A DNA stretch of 45,854 nt, counting the filler, from Sphacelaria rigidula (taxonomy: Eukaryota), in assembly GCA_964200075.2 (NCBI GenBank). It is 2 parts of 2 records of this genome, joined end to end, with 100 filler letters (N's around TTAATTAATTAA, not from the genome) between each part and the next. Parts side by side here need not be neighbours in the genome. Positions count along the whole stretch, not along the records: positions 1 to 22,881 come from CAXNAA020000303.1; positions 22,982 to 45,854 come from CAXNAA020000304.1. One strand, 5' to 3'. Under the pieces are notes generated by a model. The model saw only the letters and a list, made by a program, of their open reading frames with translations, was not told the origin of the DNA and did not search any database. The position numbers were made by a program, and so were the translations under genes. Shown in pieces: positions 13,254 through 25,121 of this stretch (its first letter is position 1; each line of letters starts with the position of its first letter).

Positions 13254-13382
13254 CTGATTGGGAGGCAAGACCCTTACCTGAAGCTATGGGTGGGGCGTGG
13301 CGGCACCAAGGTGAAAACCAAAGTGCACAATGACGGCTCCAGTAAAGCTTCCTGGGACGAAACATTTGCCTTCGATCTAGAG
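13254..13382 (+). CDS. C2-domain protein exon 2 (LIGRQDPYLKLWVGRGGTKVKTKVHNDGSSKASWDETFAFDLE)
   Basis: Acceptor AACAG|, donor GAG|GTATGG. Contains the C2 motifs DPY, KTKV and WDETF. Confidence 0.92.
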
Positions 13383-13482
13383 GTATGGTAATAGCTATAT
13401 AACCCCGATATTTTGCGCCGTACTTACCTTACAGGAGGCTGGCTACAAGGTTTAAAAATACCCCGCCCCTAGTGAAGAGCAC

Positions 13483-13526
13483 GTTCCTGCGGTTCCTGCG
13501 GTTCCTGCGGTTCCTGCGGTTCCTGC
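13483..13526 (+). repeat. (GTTCCTGCG) x5 tandem repeat
   Basis: Direct reading; the last copy is truncated. Confidence 0.92.
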
Positions 13527-13566
13527 CTTCCGGAATTACGGTCCTCTTGAAAACATCCACACGGTT

Positions 13567-13804
13567 CGGACGAATCATCGCCGGTTCGAATCACCAAATC
13601 TACGATTTTTCAGGCGTGATTGCCCGGAAAAGATAAAAACAGTTGGCCGCTAGTCAAAAAGGTTTCCACGCAAATGTTTGCGCCATTCCACGTCCCTGGG
13701 TCGCGCGTACCTGGGTTGCAACGCTGAAAACAAAGCTTGAGGATTGATTCGTACGAGTCGAATCAAATACACTGAAATCAAGTAATTTCCAGACGAATCA
13801 TTAA
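13567..13804 (+). repeat. Dispersed repeat; inverted partner at 29571-29808
   Basis: About 240 bp align with the reverse complement of 29571-29808 (e.g. TTCCACGTCCCTGGG.CGCGCGTACCTGGGTTGCA). Confidence 0.85.
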
Positions 13805-15149
13805 GTCATCCGATCCTTGAAAAAAAAATCCACTCGAATCATATTCCCAAGACCAGCAATTTACTGTTTTAGCTGCATGTCCCCAAGAAAAGAGATCACT
13901 TTCGGGCTACCAAGCCGTGTGTGCTCCACCCGACTTTCCCGAACGTGGTCTCGAGAACGAGAGCATGACACACCGTGGACAACACATTATATTGTTAAAA
14001 ATGTACTGCCTACAGTATGGAGTATATTGTCTGTTGCAACAGGCGCGATAGTAGATACTGTACGCAGTACACTTTTTGACTGTGTATTATTTTGTCATTG
14101 TCCAGGGTGTGGAGCATGAACACAGCACTCGCAACAGTCAGTCTCACGTGGGAGCTTAGTGTTCTCGTCTGCCCTCGACGGTTGGATATTGTCCTTGCCC
14201 TGAGAAGAAATAGTTCTACAACCCCGGACTCCTCTCATCACGAGGTGTATTTTTTTCTTTATTTTATCTTTTTCCGCCAGGAGACGTTATTCAGGGAGTT
14301 TGTATGTAATGTACTCCGATACAATATTGTAGACTTAATTAGGGTACCCAAAAATAACTGAATCCCGACGTATCACCCAAGAGTTTCGATGTAGACAGCG
14401 ATATTCAACGTATCCCATTGCAGTACTACAGATAAATCCTAAAAAACAGTCTACCCTTCATTTCAAGGGGGTGGTGTATAACGTATCCCGATACAGTAGT
14501 CTAGATTCGGGTATGGTGCCCAAAAAGTTGTCGTACCCACGTCACCTGGCCACCGCGCTCCGATGGGTTAACTAGTACAACTAAAACCAGTTGTACGACT
14601 GAAAGCAGTTATCATAAAGCGGAAGATTGCGTATTTGGAATCATCCTGATAAATGTTGGATGAGTTGCTTTCGGCGAGGAATTATCTGATCTCGGACGCT
14701 GAAAGCGTGAGGAGTTATAAGTAGCAGAAGAAAAACTGACGAGAGTCGACGCCGTGTGGGAATGCTGATACAATCCACACTACCAAAATGGAAGGTGTGT
14801 TTATCGGGAGAGAAATGAAATGATTATCCGTTGAGACTCTTACATTATCCAGAGGGGGGGAGGGTGTGTGTGTCTGTGGAAGATTGACGAGAAAAAAACA
14901 TGAAAATCGCCAACGAGTGTTATTTGGGGAGTAATCAATACCGCACCCCAATGCAGCACCGCAGTTTCCAGTGTGGTGCCCTGAAATAGCCAATGATCTA
15001 TCAACCAGTGATGATTTTCAGGGGTGGTATATAACGTAACAGGGTGCAGTGCTGCAGATACCGACACTTTGCTCATAAGTAGCCGTACTTTCTCCCACGT
15101 AAGAATCGGCGATGTAATGTGTAGTCTACGGCGTGCAAGGCCAATATTC

Positions 15150-16273
15150 CAGGGCTGTTTCACGGAACGACGGGACGAGACGGTTCGTTGCCTGGGAGGG
15201 GACGGGACAGGTACTTTTCCCTTTGCGTAAAAAAATAACGGGACGGGACGGGTGTTTTCAGGATCCCTCCGGGACGAAAGGGCCTCGTTCCGTGAGGTCC
15301 CGTCCTCACGGCGTAGTGCGCATCACGGGATAGGGAATAACTTGGTGGCCTTGATCCTTACTAGGCAACCAACAGCAGATGTTACCACTGGTTCGGTACA
15401 GCTCTACGAATTACCGGAGGAGTCAAAACCCCATCACTTCTAACTCAGACAATCCTGGCTCGTGGCTCGGCTTCTTGGGTTATCCAATCGTCTCTCCCGA
15501 CTGTTGGCGTGTAACTCCTCATGCCCCTCATGATCACGACGGTTCGTGTCAGCACCGTACTGTATACGAGCGCTCAAACTGAAAAGCGAAGAAGAATGTG
15601 CGACTTTCGCATGAACGTGTGCCTGAAAGCGGTCCAGATGCAAGTTGCGCATGATATCTCTCTCCATCACCAAACACAACACGATGTGATACATGCTTCC
15701 CTGGCACCGGATCGGAGCCAGCACAGCAGTCGGTGACGGCACTTGGACAACTTGTTGATGTTACGGTACTGTACTAACCACTGTACAAAACAGATCGAGG
15801 CCAGTATGTAGCAGCCGGTGGTGCTTCGACATCTTGTCGAAATATTTCCTGATTCAGCGAGTGTTTCTGTTTTGTTTCATCTCGGGTTATATATATCGTA
15901 TGACCACGGTTGGATTCCTTGGAGAAGAGATGATATGCGTCAATCAATCAAATCGATCAAACTGTTTTTACAACTGTACCATAATGGCTTTTGTACTGTA
16001 CTCAACCATGCCCGCCCGAGATTTGACGGGAAATTCCTATCCCGTTCATGGGATATCTCCAGAGAACGGGACGGGGCGTCCCGTGACATACAATGAGAAA
16101 AGTGTAGGGAGGTCCCCCAGGCATGAGACGGGAACGGGGAAAACTGAGGAGGCGTCAGGACGGGAACGGTACTTCTCCCGTCGCTAAAAACATTAGCGGA
16201 ACGGACGGGACGGGACGTCCGTCCCGTCTCGACGATTGTCCCGTGAGATTCCCTCATCTCGTGAAAGACCCTG
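15150..16273. mobile_element. hAT-like non-autonomous element with GGGAC/GTCCC subterminal repeats
   Basis: TIRs CAGGGCTGTTTCACG ... CGTGAAAGACCCTG, dense CGGGAC motifs at both ends, degenerate TSD CAATATTC / CAATGTAT. Confidence 0.68.
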
Positions 16274-16631
16274 CAATGTATATTTTAAGGTGAATATTTG
16301 CATGCGTCCGTGCGCTTTTTGTGCTACATTGGTAAACTTTGTGATACACGGTTGAGGCGGGTGGACGGGCTCTTACAGGGGGACCCGTGTCGTGCGAAAT
16401 ACACTACAAATTCAATCTTACAATCTTAGGCATTGTTTTTTTTTTCTTTCACGTATGACAGGCGGTGATGGGATAGCTCTGCGATGACCGAAATAAAATT
16501 GTTGTTTGTGGAGGTCGTCTCACGTGTATGTGTGTTTGCTTTTGGTTCTGTGTCCGAGCCCGTATCCATGCTTTGTCTTGTGTGTACGTGCGTGCATGCG
16601 TGCGTGTGTATTATTTCCCTGCATCGTTCAG

Positions 16632-16723
16632 CCGGTTGACCCTTCGGAGTATCTGTACTTTGAAGTCAAGAACAAGAACATGACCGACAGCAAGCCTATC
16701 GGCATGGGCAAGGTGCCACTCAA
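16632..16723 (+). CDS. C2-domain protein exon 3 (PVDPSEYLYFEVKNKNMTDSKPIGMGKVPL/K)
   Basis: Acceptor TTCAG|, donor |GTGAGT (phase 2). C2 motif LxFEV...IGxxxVPL. Confidence 0.9.
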
Positions 16724-16754
16724 GTGAGTGTATTTTCTCATGATGAGGGCAGGC

Positions 16755-17075
16755 GGGCGGGGGTTTACTCATGATGTTGCATGCCGTGGTCATATGAGCA
16801 TTGATCTCGCATCCTTTCAAAGTCGGGACGGAGCACGACGCCGGATTTCCGCCGTGCCAGGGTCGCCCTGAATGCCGTCGTCATAAGACCGTTCACGGAC
16901 GGGCGGGAGTTTATTCATGATCTTGCATGATGTAGTCATGTGACCATTGATCTCGCATCCCTCCAAAGCCGCGACGGAGCACGCCGGGTTTTCGCTCGAC
17001 CAGGCTCGCCTTGCATGCGGTAGTCATGACACCGTTGACCTCGCATCCCTCCAAAGCCGGGATGGAGCACGCCGA
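16755..17075 (+). repeat. Repeat family A, tandem partial copies
   Basis: TACTCATGAT(G/C)TTGCATG...CATTGATCTCGCATCC...GGGACGGAGCACGCCG occurs about 3 times. Confidence 0.8.
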
Positions 17076-17744
17076 GGGTGGAGAGGGGTCCACACGCAAA
17101 TTTGTTGCTCAACAGCCCATGGTTCACACACAACTTGTAAGCATTGCTTATATATTACCCGATTAAAAATCCAAATCCAAACCCCAAGCAGATCGAGAAC
17201 CAACGGAGCAACACGGGATCCAGAGGGTGGCTTTGGGAATTGTGTGTGAGCGCGTGCAATGCCGATTTGAGTCCGCTCCTTTTTGGCTTCTGCTAAATAG
17301 GCGGTTTGTCTGTTTCAAGTGCGCAAGTACACTGGGGCTAACCTCTTTCGTGACTTGGTTTTTGATTGACAAATGCTCCTGGACAGTGACTGCACGGTGA
17401 AAGTAGCCAAGAGATTGGTCGTCAGCATCAAAGATTGCACTGCTGTCGTGCTTCCACGACTATGTACTCGTATTCAATGCAAAAAAAGTAGTGTCTTGTT
17501 ATGGTGGGGGCAATAGATTCCTATTTTTTCTTCCTTTCGATATCCATCGTCCGAATAATGAGAAAAATGATACTTGATCGCCAATGCAAAAGAAAAGTGG
17601 ATCAAAGCCAACGGACAGCGGGGGTGCTAAACAAGGCCTTGATATTATGAGAGCGAGGCCTGAAAGTACCGCCGAGGGAAGCGCAAATTGATCCGCTACT
17701 TGAGAGTCTGGACTACTCGGCCCAAGGAAGGGGGAGGGAGAGAA

Positions 17745-17860
17745 GGAGGGCAGGAGGGGGTGTACTCATGATCTTGCATGCCGTAGTCATAAGACCATCG
17801 ACCTCGTATCCCAATGAAGCCGGGACGGAGCACGCGGCGTTTTCGCCAGACCAGGCTCGC
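17745..17860 (+). repeat. Repeat family A copy
   Basis: GGGGGTGTACTCATGATCTTGCATGCCGTAGTCATAAGACC...GACCAGGCTCGC. Confidence 0.8.
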
Positions 17861-19721
17861 AATCAATCACCAAGCGCGACGCGCCGTGATGTGTTCGGCG
17901 AGTCGCATGAAGGGGTGACCTGCATCCTGCTAAGATTGTTCAACCCGAAGCGCTCTGATTATTTTCCGTTTGGATGACAGTCTAACAATGGGTTGCTTCA
18001 TTTTCTGGTATCGCCACTTCCAGAGACAGCCACGCGTTCCACACTGCCTCATGGATGTCTCGCCATGTAGACACTCCATAGTACGATCATCCCCTTTGCG
18101 CGGAGTTGAGGTTCTCCCACCCCGCACGATATGATCTAGCTCGACTACCATGATGCTTACCGCAAGAAGACCCAAGCGCGCAAAAAATGAAACCGGCAAC
18201 CTGGTTGCCCAACGTACGCAGTGAGTGGCTTTTTCCACAGCGTCATTGCCAACCGACGCCAACCTCATACGGGGTCCGTCCCTACAAAGCCGGGACGGAG
18301 CACGCCGGGTTTTCACCGCACAGGCTGAGGGCGAGGGGGGGAGGTGATAACCGCATGAGGAAATTCCGTGGTTGGGGGTTCTTATGTAGTTTCGAAGACC
18401 TTCGTTTCATGCGTTCAATCTAGTACCCCACCCGACACAGCACGATTATGAAGTGGTTCTGCCGCGCTAAGCTGAGCTATGCTGTGTCACGCTATGCCGT
18501 GTTGCTCCATCTGATGTACTCGTATCGGCGTGCTGGATGCACGATGCGTTGTAAATAAAACCAAGTGTTGATATTCGCTACGATCGTCATATTATACACG
18601 GGAGGAAGTCAATTTGCAATAATTCACGGTTCACGTCCCACAGACAGGGGTAACTCCAAGTGAATTACAAGATTTTCGCGCGAAGCGTGTTTATGACCGA
18701 GCGTTTCAAAATCGGCACTCGGCAAAAGTTGGGGACCCGCCTGAAATGAGAGGGAGAACTATCACATGGGACATGTGCTGTGTCACCGTGCTGCAGCACA
18801 AACACACTCACGCCCTCTCTCTCATGTGCTGTAGCTGTCACTGCGCAGTGGTGTGTTCGGACCTCTGCGACGGCGGTTTGGTCTCCGCTGGAACTGCGTC
18901 AGTTGCCTTACTGCGCTGCCTTCGTCCTTACAGAAAATATGGAAAATTATGTTTGTCGGCACGCAGTGCTGTCTACACACCGTTGCGTCTTGGCTGTTTC
19001 GTCTTCCGTCAAACGAACAAGGCGTTTCCCACATCCATCATTCCTATGCTGTAGTTGTCCCTGTGCTGTTGTGCACTTGAACACTCCACGATGAACGAGG
19101 CGTGACGTGCGCTGGAGAGTGCCTGAACAGTTGTACTGCTGCATCCCGTGTTTCGGTCTGCACATAATTGAGGTGGGATCAAAGTGCTGTACACAAAGTT
19201 GAAACGATTACGTGACGACTGTGCAGCTGTCTGTTGCATCTTCTTTGGTACTTCAGTTGTAGTCGGGTGCTGTGATTGGAGAAGACACGCAAGGCGGACG
19301 CGTGCAGGTTGGGGCAAACAAGCTGAGCCAGCACGCAGCCGCGGTATCCCAAGCGAGTAGTGGTAACAGCTATCTGACTCGCAGCGGCGCAATGTGTGGG
19401 GCCAATCACAGCTATTTGATCACTCAGTTCCCACTCGATTCTCTCATCTGATTGAAGAAAGGTCGCCGCATTTTGGTATGTTGAGAGGCTCTGACTGGTC
19501 CAAAATTCGTGCCTACCAAATTTCTTGCGTCTATTTGTGGGCCCTGTGCCTACTTCGCACCCTGAACAACACACGGTCAGGAGTTGCAGTAGACAAAATG
19601 TACCTGTAAGTATAGACATATTGCAACTATTGACTATATATGTTGTCCAGGGTGTGCAATAATTGCGTGACGTCCATCATACAATGTATCCATTCGTGTT
19701 TTTGTTCCTCCTCGTTCGCAG

Positions 19722-19886
19722 GACATTTTCCATGGCGTTGACCAAGGCGTGGCACGATACCTACGACTCGAAAGGAAAACCTGCGGGAAAAGTGTTGTTG
19801 GAAGGGAGGGTGGAAAGCAAAAAGTACAGCAGCAGCAGCAGCAGCCACCATCACGCCACGGGGGCGTCCGGCCGGAATGCGTTGAG
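19722..19886 (+). CDS. C2-domain protein exon 4 (TFSMALTKAWHDTYDSKGKPAGKVLLEGRVESKKYSSSSSSHHHATGASGRNAL/R)
   Basis: Acceptor CGCAG| completes the Lys codon. W...GKPAGKV is the C2 C-terminal strand. Donor AG|GTGCAG (phase 2); this 3' boundary is less certain. Confidence 0.8.
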
Positions 19887-20586
19887 GTGCAGTAGTGCCT
19901 CTCCCGTTTTTTTCTTTTTTCTATTCCCTGTCGATTTTTCCTATTTTTTTCGGCATTGTGTGTCATTCTCCAGTGCGTGTGTGCGTGTGTGCGTGCGCGC
20001 TTCTTTCCCTGTTTTCCTCTCCTTTTCCCTTCTGTTATTCTCCTTGTTGTCTTCTGTGTCGGTGCGGCTTTTTTGTGCGTATGCGCTGCGAGCTGCGGCA
20101 TCCCCCCCCCCCCCCCCCCCCCCGGGGGGGGGCGGCCCGCCCCCCGCCACCCACCACAACCAACCCCCAGCGAACCAAAACGGCGCACTAATTTTTNNNN
20201 NNNNNNTATTCTCCTTGTTGTCTTCTGTGTCGGGGCGGGGTTTTTGGGGGTAGGCGCGGGGCGCGGCGGCCCCCCCCCCCCCCCCCCCCTGCGTGGGTCG
20301 TGTGCAACCGGGCCTCCAAAACAATTCACAGGCAAACACTTGGGACGCATGACTTCGCTATATTTTTAGAGATACACCTGCTGTCCGGAAGTAAAGATGC
20401 TGGGTGCTGTGAGAGCAGCCCGGTACATACTGACAGGAACATCGCGTGGATATAATAGATGGATCTGCTCTCCGTCTCTGCGAATAAATGTGCTACCCTT
20501 CACGAACCGTTCATGTTTGCTGACCGACGACTGCAATGTGTGTGCATACGATCTTTCTGTCTGCCGCTTTTGTCGTGTGATAACAG

Positions 20587-20635
20587 GAACCCGAACGACG
20601 GCGGAGGGGCGACACATTTGAGCTACCCGGGGCAG
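20587..20635 (+). CDS. C2-domain protein exon 5 (NPNDGGGATHLSYPGQ), 49 nt
   Basis: TAACAG| acceptor and CAG|GTGAAG donor. Bridges phase 2 of exon 4 to phase 0 of exon 6. Confidence 0.65.
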
Positions 20636-20782
20636 GTGAAGGACTACGTTATTTTTTTCGCCCTTTTGATCTTGTTGTATATATTTTTTTGTGGGATTCG
20701 GTGCGTGTATTGCCCACATTCGAACTGGGTGCGTACTGTACACCCTTTTCTTATATGTCATGATGAGTGATCTTTTGTTGTA

Positions 20783-20910
20783 TTCACCCTTTTGAAACCT
20801 TTTGACGATTTTTGTTCTCGTGAGTCGGTATCACTTTCAGTCATTTTTCTAGTCAAAATGATGCCGATTCACAAAAAACAAGGATCGTCAATGGGCTCTC
20901 AAAGGGCCAA
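20783..20910. mobile_element. ~125-bp palindromic piggyBac-like MITE, copy 1
   Basis: CCCTTT...AAAGGG termini, hairpin body containing ATGATGCCGATTCACAA. Homologous to the copies at 39834 and 42417. Confidence 0.65.
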
Positions 20911-21461
20911 TACACACATCTAATCCATGAATATATCCGTATGTGAGCATACCGCAAACCTTTAGCGTCTTGCATTCACTCAGCGTCATTGCAAGGCAAT
21001 TTCGATGTATATCTGGTTTTGCTGGCCGTTTTCTCACGTATGTGCACATGTTGGTCCCAAGGACGCCTCTCCTTCCCACCCAATAATCCATATGTTTGTG
21101 TACCCACCGTCTGTCGCGGTATCTGCGGCGTGCACCTAGCCCGCAGCGCCGTATCACCCGCATTAAAAAATTGAGCACCACATGGCCGATGCCTTGTTCT
21201 GGACGACATACATACGTCCCCAGTACGCAGGGCGGGTACTCCCCTACGAAACGATATACGGTGCATCATTTTCCAGTCAATTTTGACCATACAACTTTCT
21301 ATAATTTTTCGCCGACACGATCATTCAGACGTAAGGCTGCCCTCTCCCCAGCACCAACGGCATTGGGATTGGCTTGTACACGAAAAAGGATAATGAGCAC
21401 TGGCGGTAGGACTGTCGACGAAGCCCCAACGCTGCGTACAGTACGGTATGGTTATACTCAC

Positions 21462-21462
<1 letters not shown>

Positions 21463-21523
<61 letters not shown>
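21463..21523 (+). repeat. Poly-C tract (~61 nt)
   Basis: Direct reading; the length may be a sequencing artefact. Confidence 0.9.
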
Positions 21524-21524
<1 letters not shown>

Positions 21525-21811
21525 CCCCCCTTTTTTTCCGTGAAGAACGACTTTTGTGGATACCATCTATACGGATTGATGCGCTATTGATAGCTAGCGT
21601 AGGGTAGGCGATTTCGGTTTGATTCGCTTGCTTTCTCATTTATCTACGTTTCTCTGCTGCCTTTATTTATCTCCTGCCCGGCAATCCTGCATCCTTTTCT
21701 TGACCAATCCCATCCCATCCCGTCTCATCTCATCCCGACCGGTGGCTTGCTTTACTGCCTGCGGTTATAACGTACGGCTCGGAAACAAAACCGCGCCATC
21801 AACAACGGCAG

Positions 21812-22160
21812 CATCAACAACAGCCTTCGTACGGACTCCAGCAAGCGGGTGCACCTCGACCAATCCACAACACGAACAACCCGTACTCAATATCGTCCGG
21901 CACCGCGTCTGATCACGACTACCGACGGCCATCACACACCACCAACGGATCTTCCTATGCAGCAACAATACCTGGGGCTTCGTCTCACTCGGCGCATGCG
22001 TTAGCTCGACCTCTCCCTTCCGCCGCCAGCCCAAACGCTATCTACTATGCGGACCCCTCTTCTAGTTCGAAATACGGCGGCCCGGCTGCTACGGCGTCCT
22101 CCCCCTACGGGTTGCATGCCGCTGGAGTAGCGAACGGTGCTGGAGTCAGCAGTTGTGGAG
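21812..22160 (+). CDS. C2-domain protein exon 6 (HQQQPSYGLQQAGAPRP...YGGPAATASSPYGLHAAGVANGAGVSSCG)
   Basis: Pyrimidine-rich tract upstream, first AG at 21810-11 (alternative in-frame AG at 21822-23), 116 open codons of low-complexity sequence, donor GAG|GTGAGG. Confidence 0.65.
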
Positions 22161-22514
22161 GTGAGGGAGTGGTGCACTGTTTTTCTTTTTCTTGCGTGCG
22201 TGCGTGTGTTTGTGAGTGTGTGTGTGTGTTTTAATGTTTTGCCTTTTCGTCTGTATTGCTGTCTTTTTTTCTCGCTTTATTTAAATTCAATGATCAGTGT
22301 TTCTGGTGGTTGATGGAGCCAGGAATAAAATCAAGTAATTCTCTCTACATTGCATTCAGATGGGAGAACTGCACGGTAGGTTGTTGTGTTCCCTACAGTT
22401 TCTTGGAACTTCAATGTGATGTGATCAACAATCTACGGCTGAGACCTCAACTCCGAACACTTGTGACTGACTCTTTCCCATAAATACACCCATTATAAAA
22501 TAGCGGGCAGAGAA

Positions 22515-22610
22515 GGTGGGGTGTACACATGGTAGTTATAAGATCATTGATCTCGCATCCCTACAAAGAGCGGGACGGAGCACGCCGGATTTTCGCCGGA
22601 TCAGGCTCGC
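22515..22610 (+). repeat. Repeat family A copy
   Basis: GGGGTGTACACATGGTAGTTATAAGATCATTGATCTCGCATCCC...CAGGCTCGC. Confidence 0.75.
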
Positions 22611-22881
22611 GGAATGGGGGAGGGATACTGTCGTTGCTTTTTTGTGGATGGTTCTTGCGTGTGCGCAAAGGAGGAACGGGATTACGTAGTTTCGACGGCC
22701 GGGTGAAAGTAGTGCTGTGTCTGCGAAGTTCAGCTGCTCTATCGTTATACTCAGATTTCTGCCGAACTGTCTAATAATGCTGCGGTACGTTGGGCACTTT
22801 TTACGATAGCCCCCCCCCCCCCCCCCCCCCACCGCACAAAACCAAACACACCAAGAACCACAAAAAAAAAACAATCAACAC

Positions 22882-22981
22882 NNNNNNNNNNNNNNNNNNN
22901 NNNNNNNNNNNNNNNNNNNNNNNNNTTAATTAATTAANNNNNNNNNNNNNNNNNNNNNNNNNNNNNNNNNNNNNNNNNNNN
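22882..22981. other. Artificial contig spacer: 44 N + TTAATTAATTAA + 44 N
   Basis: A palindromic 12-mer with stops in all six frames, centred in an exactly 100-bp gap. Confidence 0.95.
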
Positions 22982-23612
22982 TTGCTTTATTTTCTGGTAT
23001 CACCATTTCCAGAGACAGCCACGGCTTATACACTGCCTCATGGGTGTCTAACCATGGGGGGAGCGGGTCTTAGAGGATGTCTCAATTCCCCCATTAACCA
23101 CCAGAGGGTACGTCACCTGTCGAATCGGCATCATGTTCACTCGGAGAACCACGGTAGGACTCGGATGACCAACCGCTGTCGAAGGCTTCATGAACCCTTT
23201 TGGAACTCGGGAAAAACAGTACAAACTCCCATATGCGAGCTTTCGTCACCGGGAAAGCGTCACTTCGAGTTGGGTGCACGAATCTGTCACATTAGTATAC
23301 TTGAACTTGGAGTGGTGCACCGGTTTGGTGGGCTGGCTGCAATATCAACAGATTCAGAAAAACAACCATGTATTTCCCAAGAAAACGCCAATTGTAAATC
23401 GTCATTTTTTCATCAACGGTTTCAAAAGGGTTGAACAGCAGAATGGGGAAAAACCCAAACTCGATCCTTTAGAAGTCACTTCAAGCGCGGTGGCTTTGTG
23501 TGCCCTTGTCGTGCAAGTATACATCACACCAACACACCAACACTAGAACTACTGGCGGATTAGATCATGCGCGACAATCAACCGATCATTCAATCGATCA
23601 ACACATATATAC

Positions 23613-24025
23613 TAGAGCTAGGAAATGGTTTGTTCAACCATTAACCAGTTGAATGGTTACGCGTAGCGCAACCATTAACCAGAAAAATGGTACATAATTG
23701 TTTGGTCAACGAGCGGTGCAGCCACGAGCCAAAAAGCTCCCCCGGCAGAGGGGGTCCCGCCGGAGGCGCCTCCGGAGGGCCCGCTGTAGGCGCCGTACCG
23801 GAGGCACGTTTTGACGCGATTTGACTGCACGAAAGCTAAAAACACAGTGAATTTGGGCCACTTTCCAAGGGCTGTATGTAGCATACGAAGCCGGCAACGG
23901 CTCATCAAGTCGGTAACGGTAAATGATGGTTCGAAACCAGTATCCAATAATTTCATGTGACCATCACCATTATGGCCATTATAATGATAATGGCCAGTTA
24001 TAACCGGTACCATTTCCGAGCTCTG
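23613..24025. mobile_element. hAT-like MITE
   Basis: TIRs TAGAGCTAGGAAATGGT ... ACCATTTCCGAGCTCTG. 8-bp TSD ATATATAC / ATACATAC with one mismatch. Confidence 0.78.
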
Positions 24026-24227
24026 ATACATACAGGTAGCACAGGAAGCAGCACCACTCAAGGGAATCGAATTTTGCCGTGAAGCTCGCGCTCCTATTCC
24101 CTCTGTGGGCTACCAACAGCCACTATATAGTTTCTGGTGTAAACCCCCCATTTGCGCTCAAGTTCTCATCATTTGAAACTCGGACAGCTGAAGTTCTCAA
24201 CTGCCTAAATTCTCAAGCGGTGTGGCG

Positions 24228-24450
24228 CTACTTGTTCCCGCATGCATGCCTGAATACGTGCATACCTACCCATACGTACATACGTAGATACGTACATAGG
24301 GCTACCTGTTCCCGCATGCATGCGTGAATACGTGCATACCTACCTATACGTACATACGTAGATACGTACATAGGGCTACCTGTTCCCGCATGCATGCGTG
24401 AATACGTGCATACCTCCCTATACGTACATACGTACATACGTACATGGGGT
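24228..24450 (+). repeat. Minisatellite, 74-bp unit x3
   Basis: CTACCTGTTCCCGCATGCATGC...TACGTACATAGGG starts at 24228, 24302 and 24376. Confidence 0.92.
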
Positions 24451-25017
24451 TACCTATACATACATACATACAGACATAATGCTCGCAGCAAAAATAATAT
24501 AGTTTGCTTGACTGAGTTCATTAGACAGCAGCCGACGCGGTACTGTAGTGCTGATTCACTCAGTGATATCAAAATGCAAGGCGTGCAACGAGGAAGAGAT
24601 GTCTTCATCCCTTGACACCACGGCCTTGTCCCGAAGCAGGGGGAGGATAGATACGAGACGGGAAAATGAAAAATCCAACCCAGTCCATGCCGTTTTTGTG
24701 GGTTTCGAATCTCAAAAAAAGTCACGTCTCCTTTGTTTTCTTGCCCTGGTGGTGTCCGTCGCCCCAAAAAGGGAGAACAGAAAAGTCGGGTAACATAAAA
24801 CACATATGATGGCAGTGCACACAGGATCGTTTTGTCGGAGTGGTCATGATCCAACTCTGGATAAAGACCTAGAGCAAGACATTTACCGAGGGGCAGATTG
24901 GTTGATCGCTGAAGAAACTACGGACTCGTCTCAAGAAAACGACTGGGAATGGAATGGAGGTTAAAACTGAGATTGGACAGAAAGTGGAAGATGAGAAACA
25001 GTAGACAATCTCCTCAC

Positions 25018-25121
25018 TTGACGGTGTTGCCCACAGCCGCAGACACGGGGTCCAGCCTGTTGAGGACCCTGAAGCCCATCTCGTTGTACAGGTAGTACGC
25101 CAGCCCGCAGCCGATCAGAGT
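25018..25121 (-). CDS. TPT: TPT exon 7 (TLIGCGLAYYLYNEMGFRVLNRLDPVSAAVGNTV/K)
   Basis: CCACAG| acceptor, AA|GTGAGG donor (phase 2). YYLYNE and VGNTVK motifs. Confidence 0.92.

Larger units (their letters stand above)
9950..22160 (+). other. Gene span (3' incomplete): C2-domain protein with low-complexity S/G/P/Q/H/Y-rich tail; join(9950..10006,13254..13382,16632..16723,19722..19886,20587..20635,21812..22160)
   Basis: Six exons with canonical splice sites and consistent phases (0,0,2,2,0). Exons 1-4 give a complete C2 fold (AKDLK...QDPY...KTKV...WDETF...EVKN...IG...G). No stop is reached before the spacer at 22882. Confidence 0.8.

Noticed and set aside
20036..20290. Apparent tandem duplication around the 10-N gap (similar case at 1198-1400)
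   Set aside because: Noisy overlapping contig ends next to G/C homopolymers; most likely an assembly artefact.
21096..21639. Poly-Pro and poly-Gly ORFs
   Set aside because: Translations of an intronic poly-C tract.
22982..25017. Terminal TPT exon (expected RV... after the split Lys codon)
   Set aside because: No AG-preceded frame with the expected hydrophobic C-terminus was found; probably lost at the spacer.
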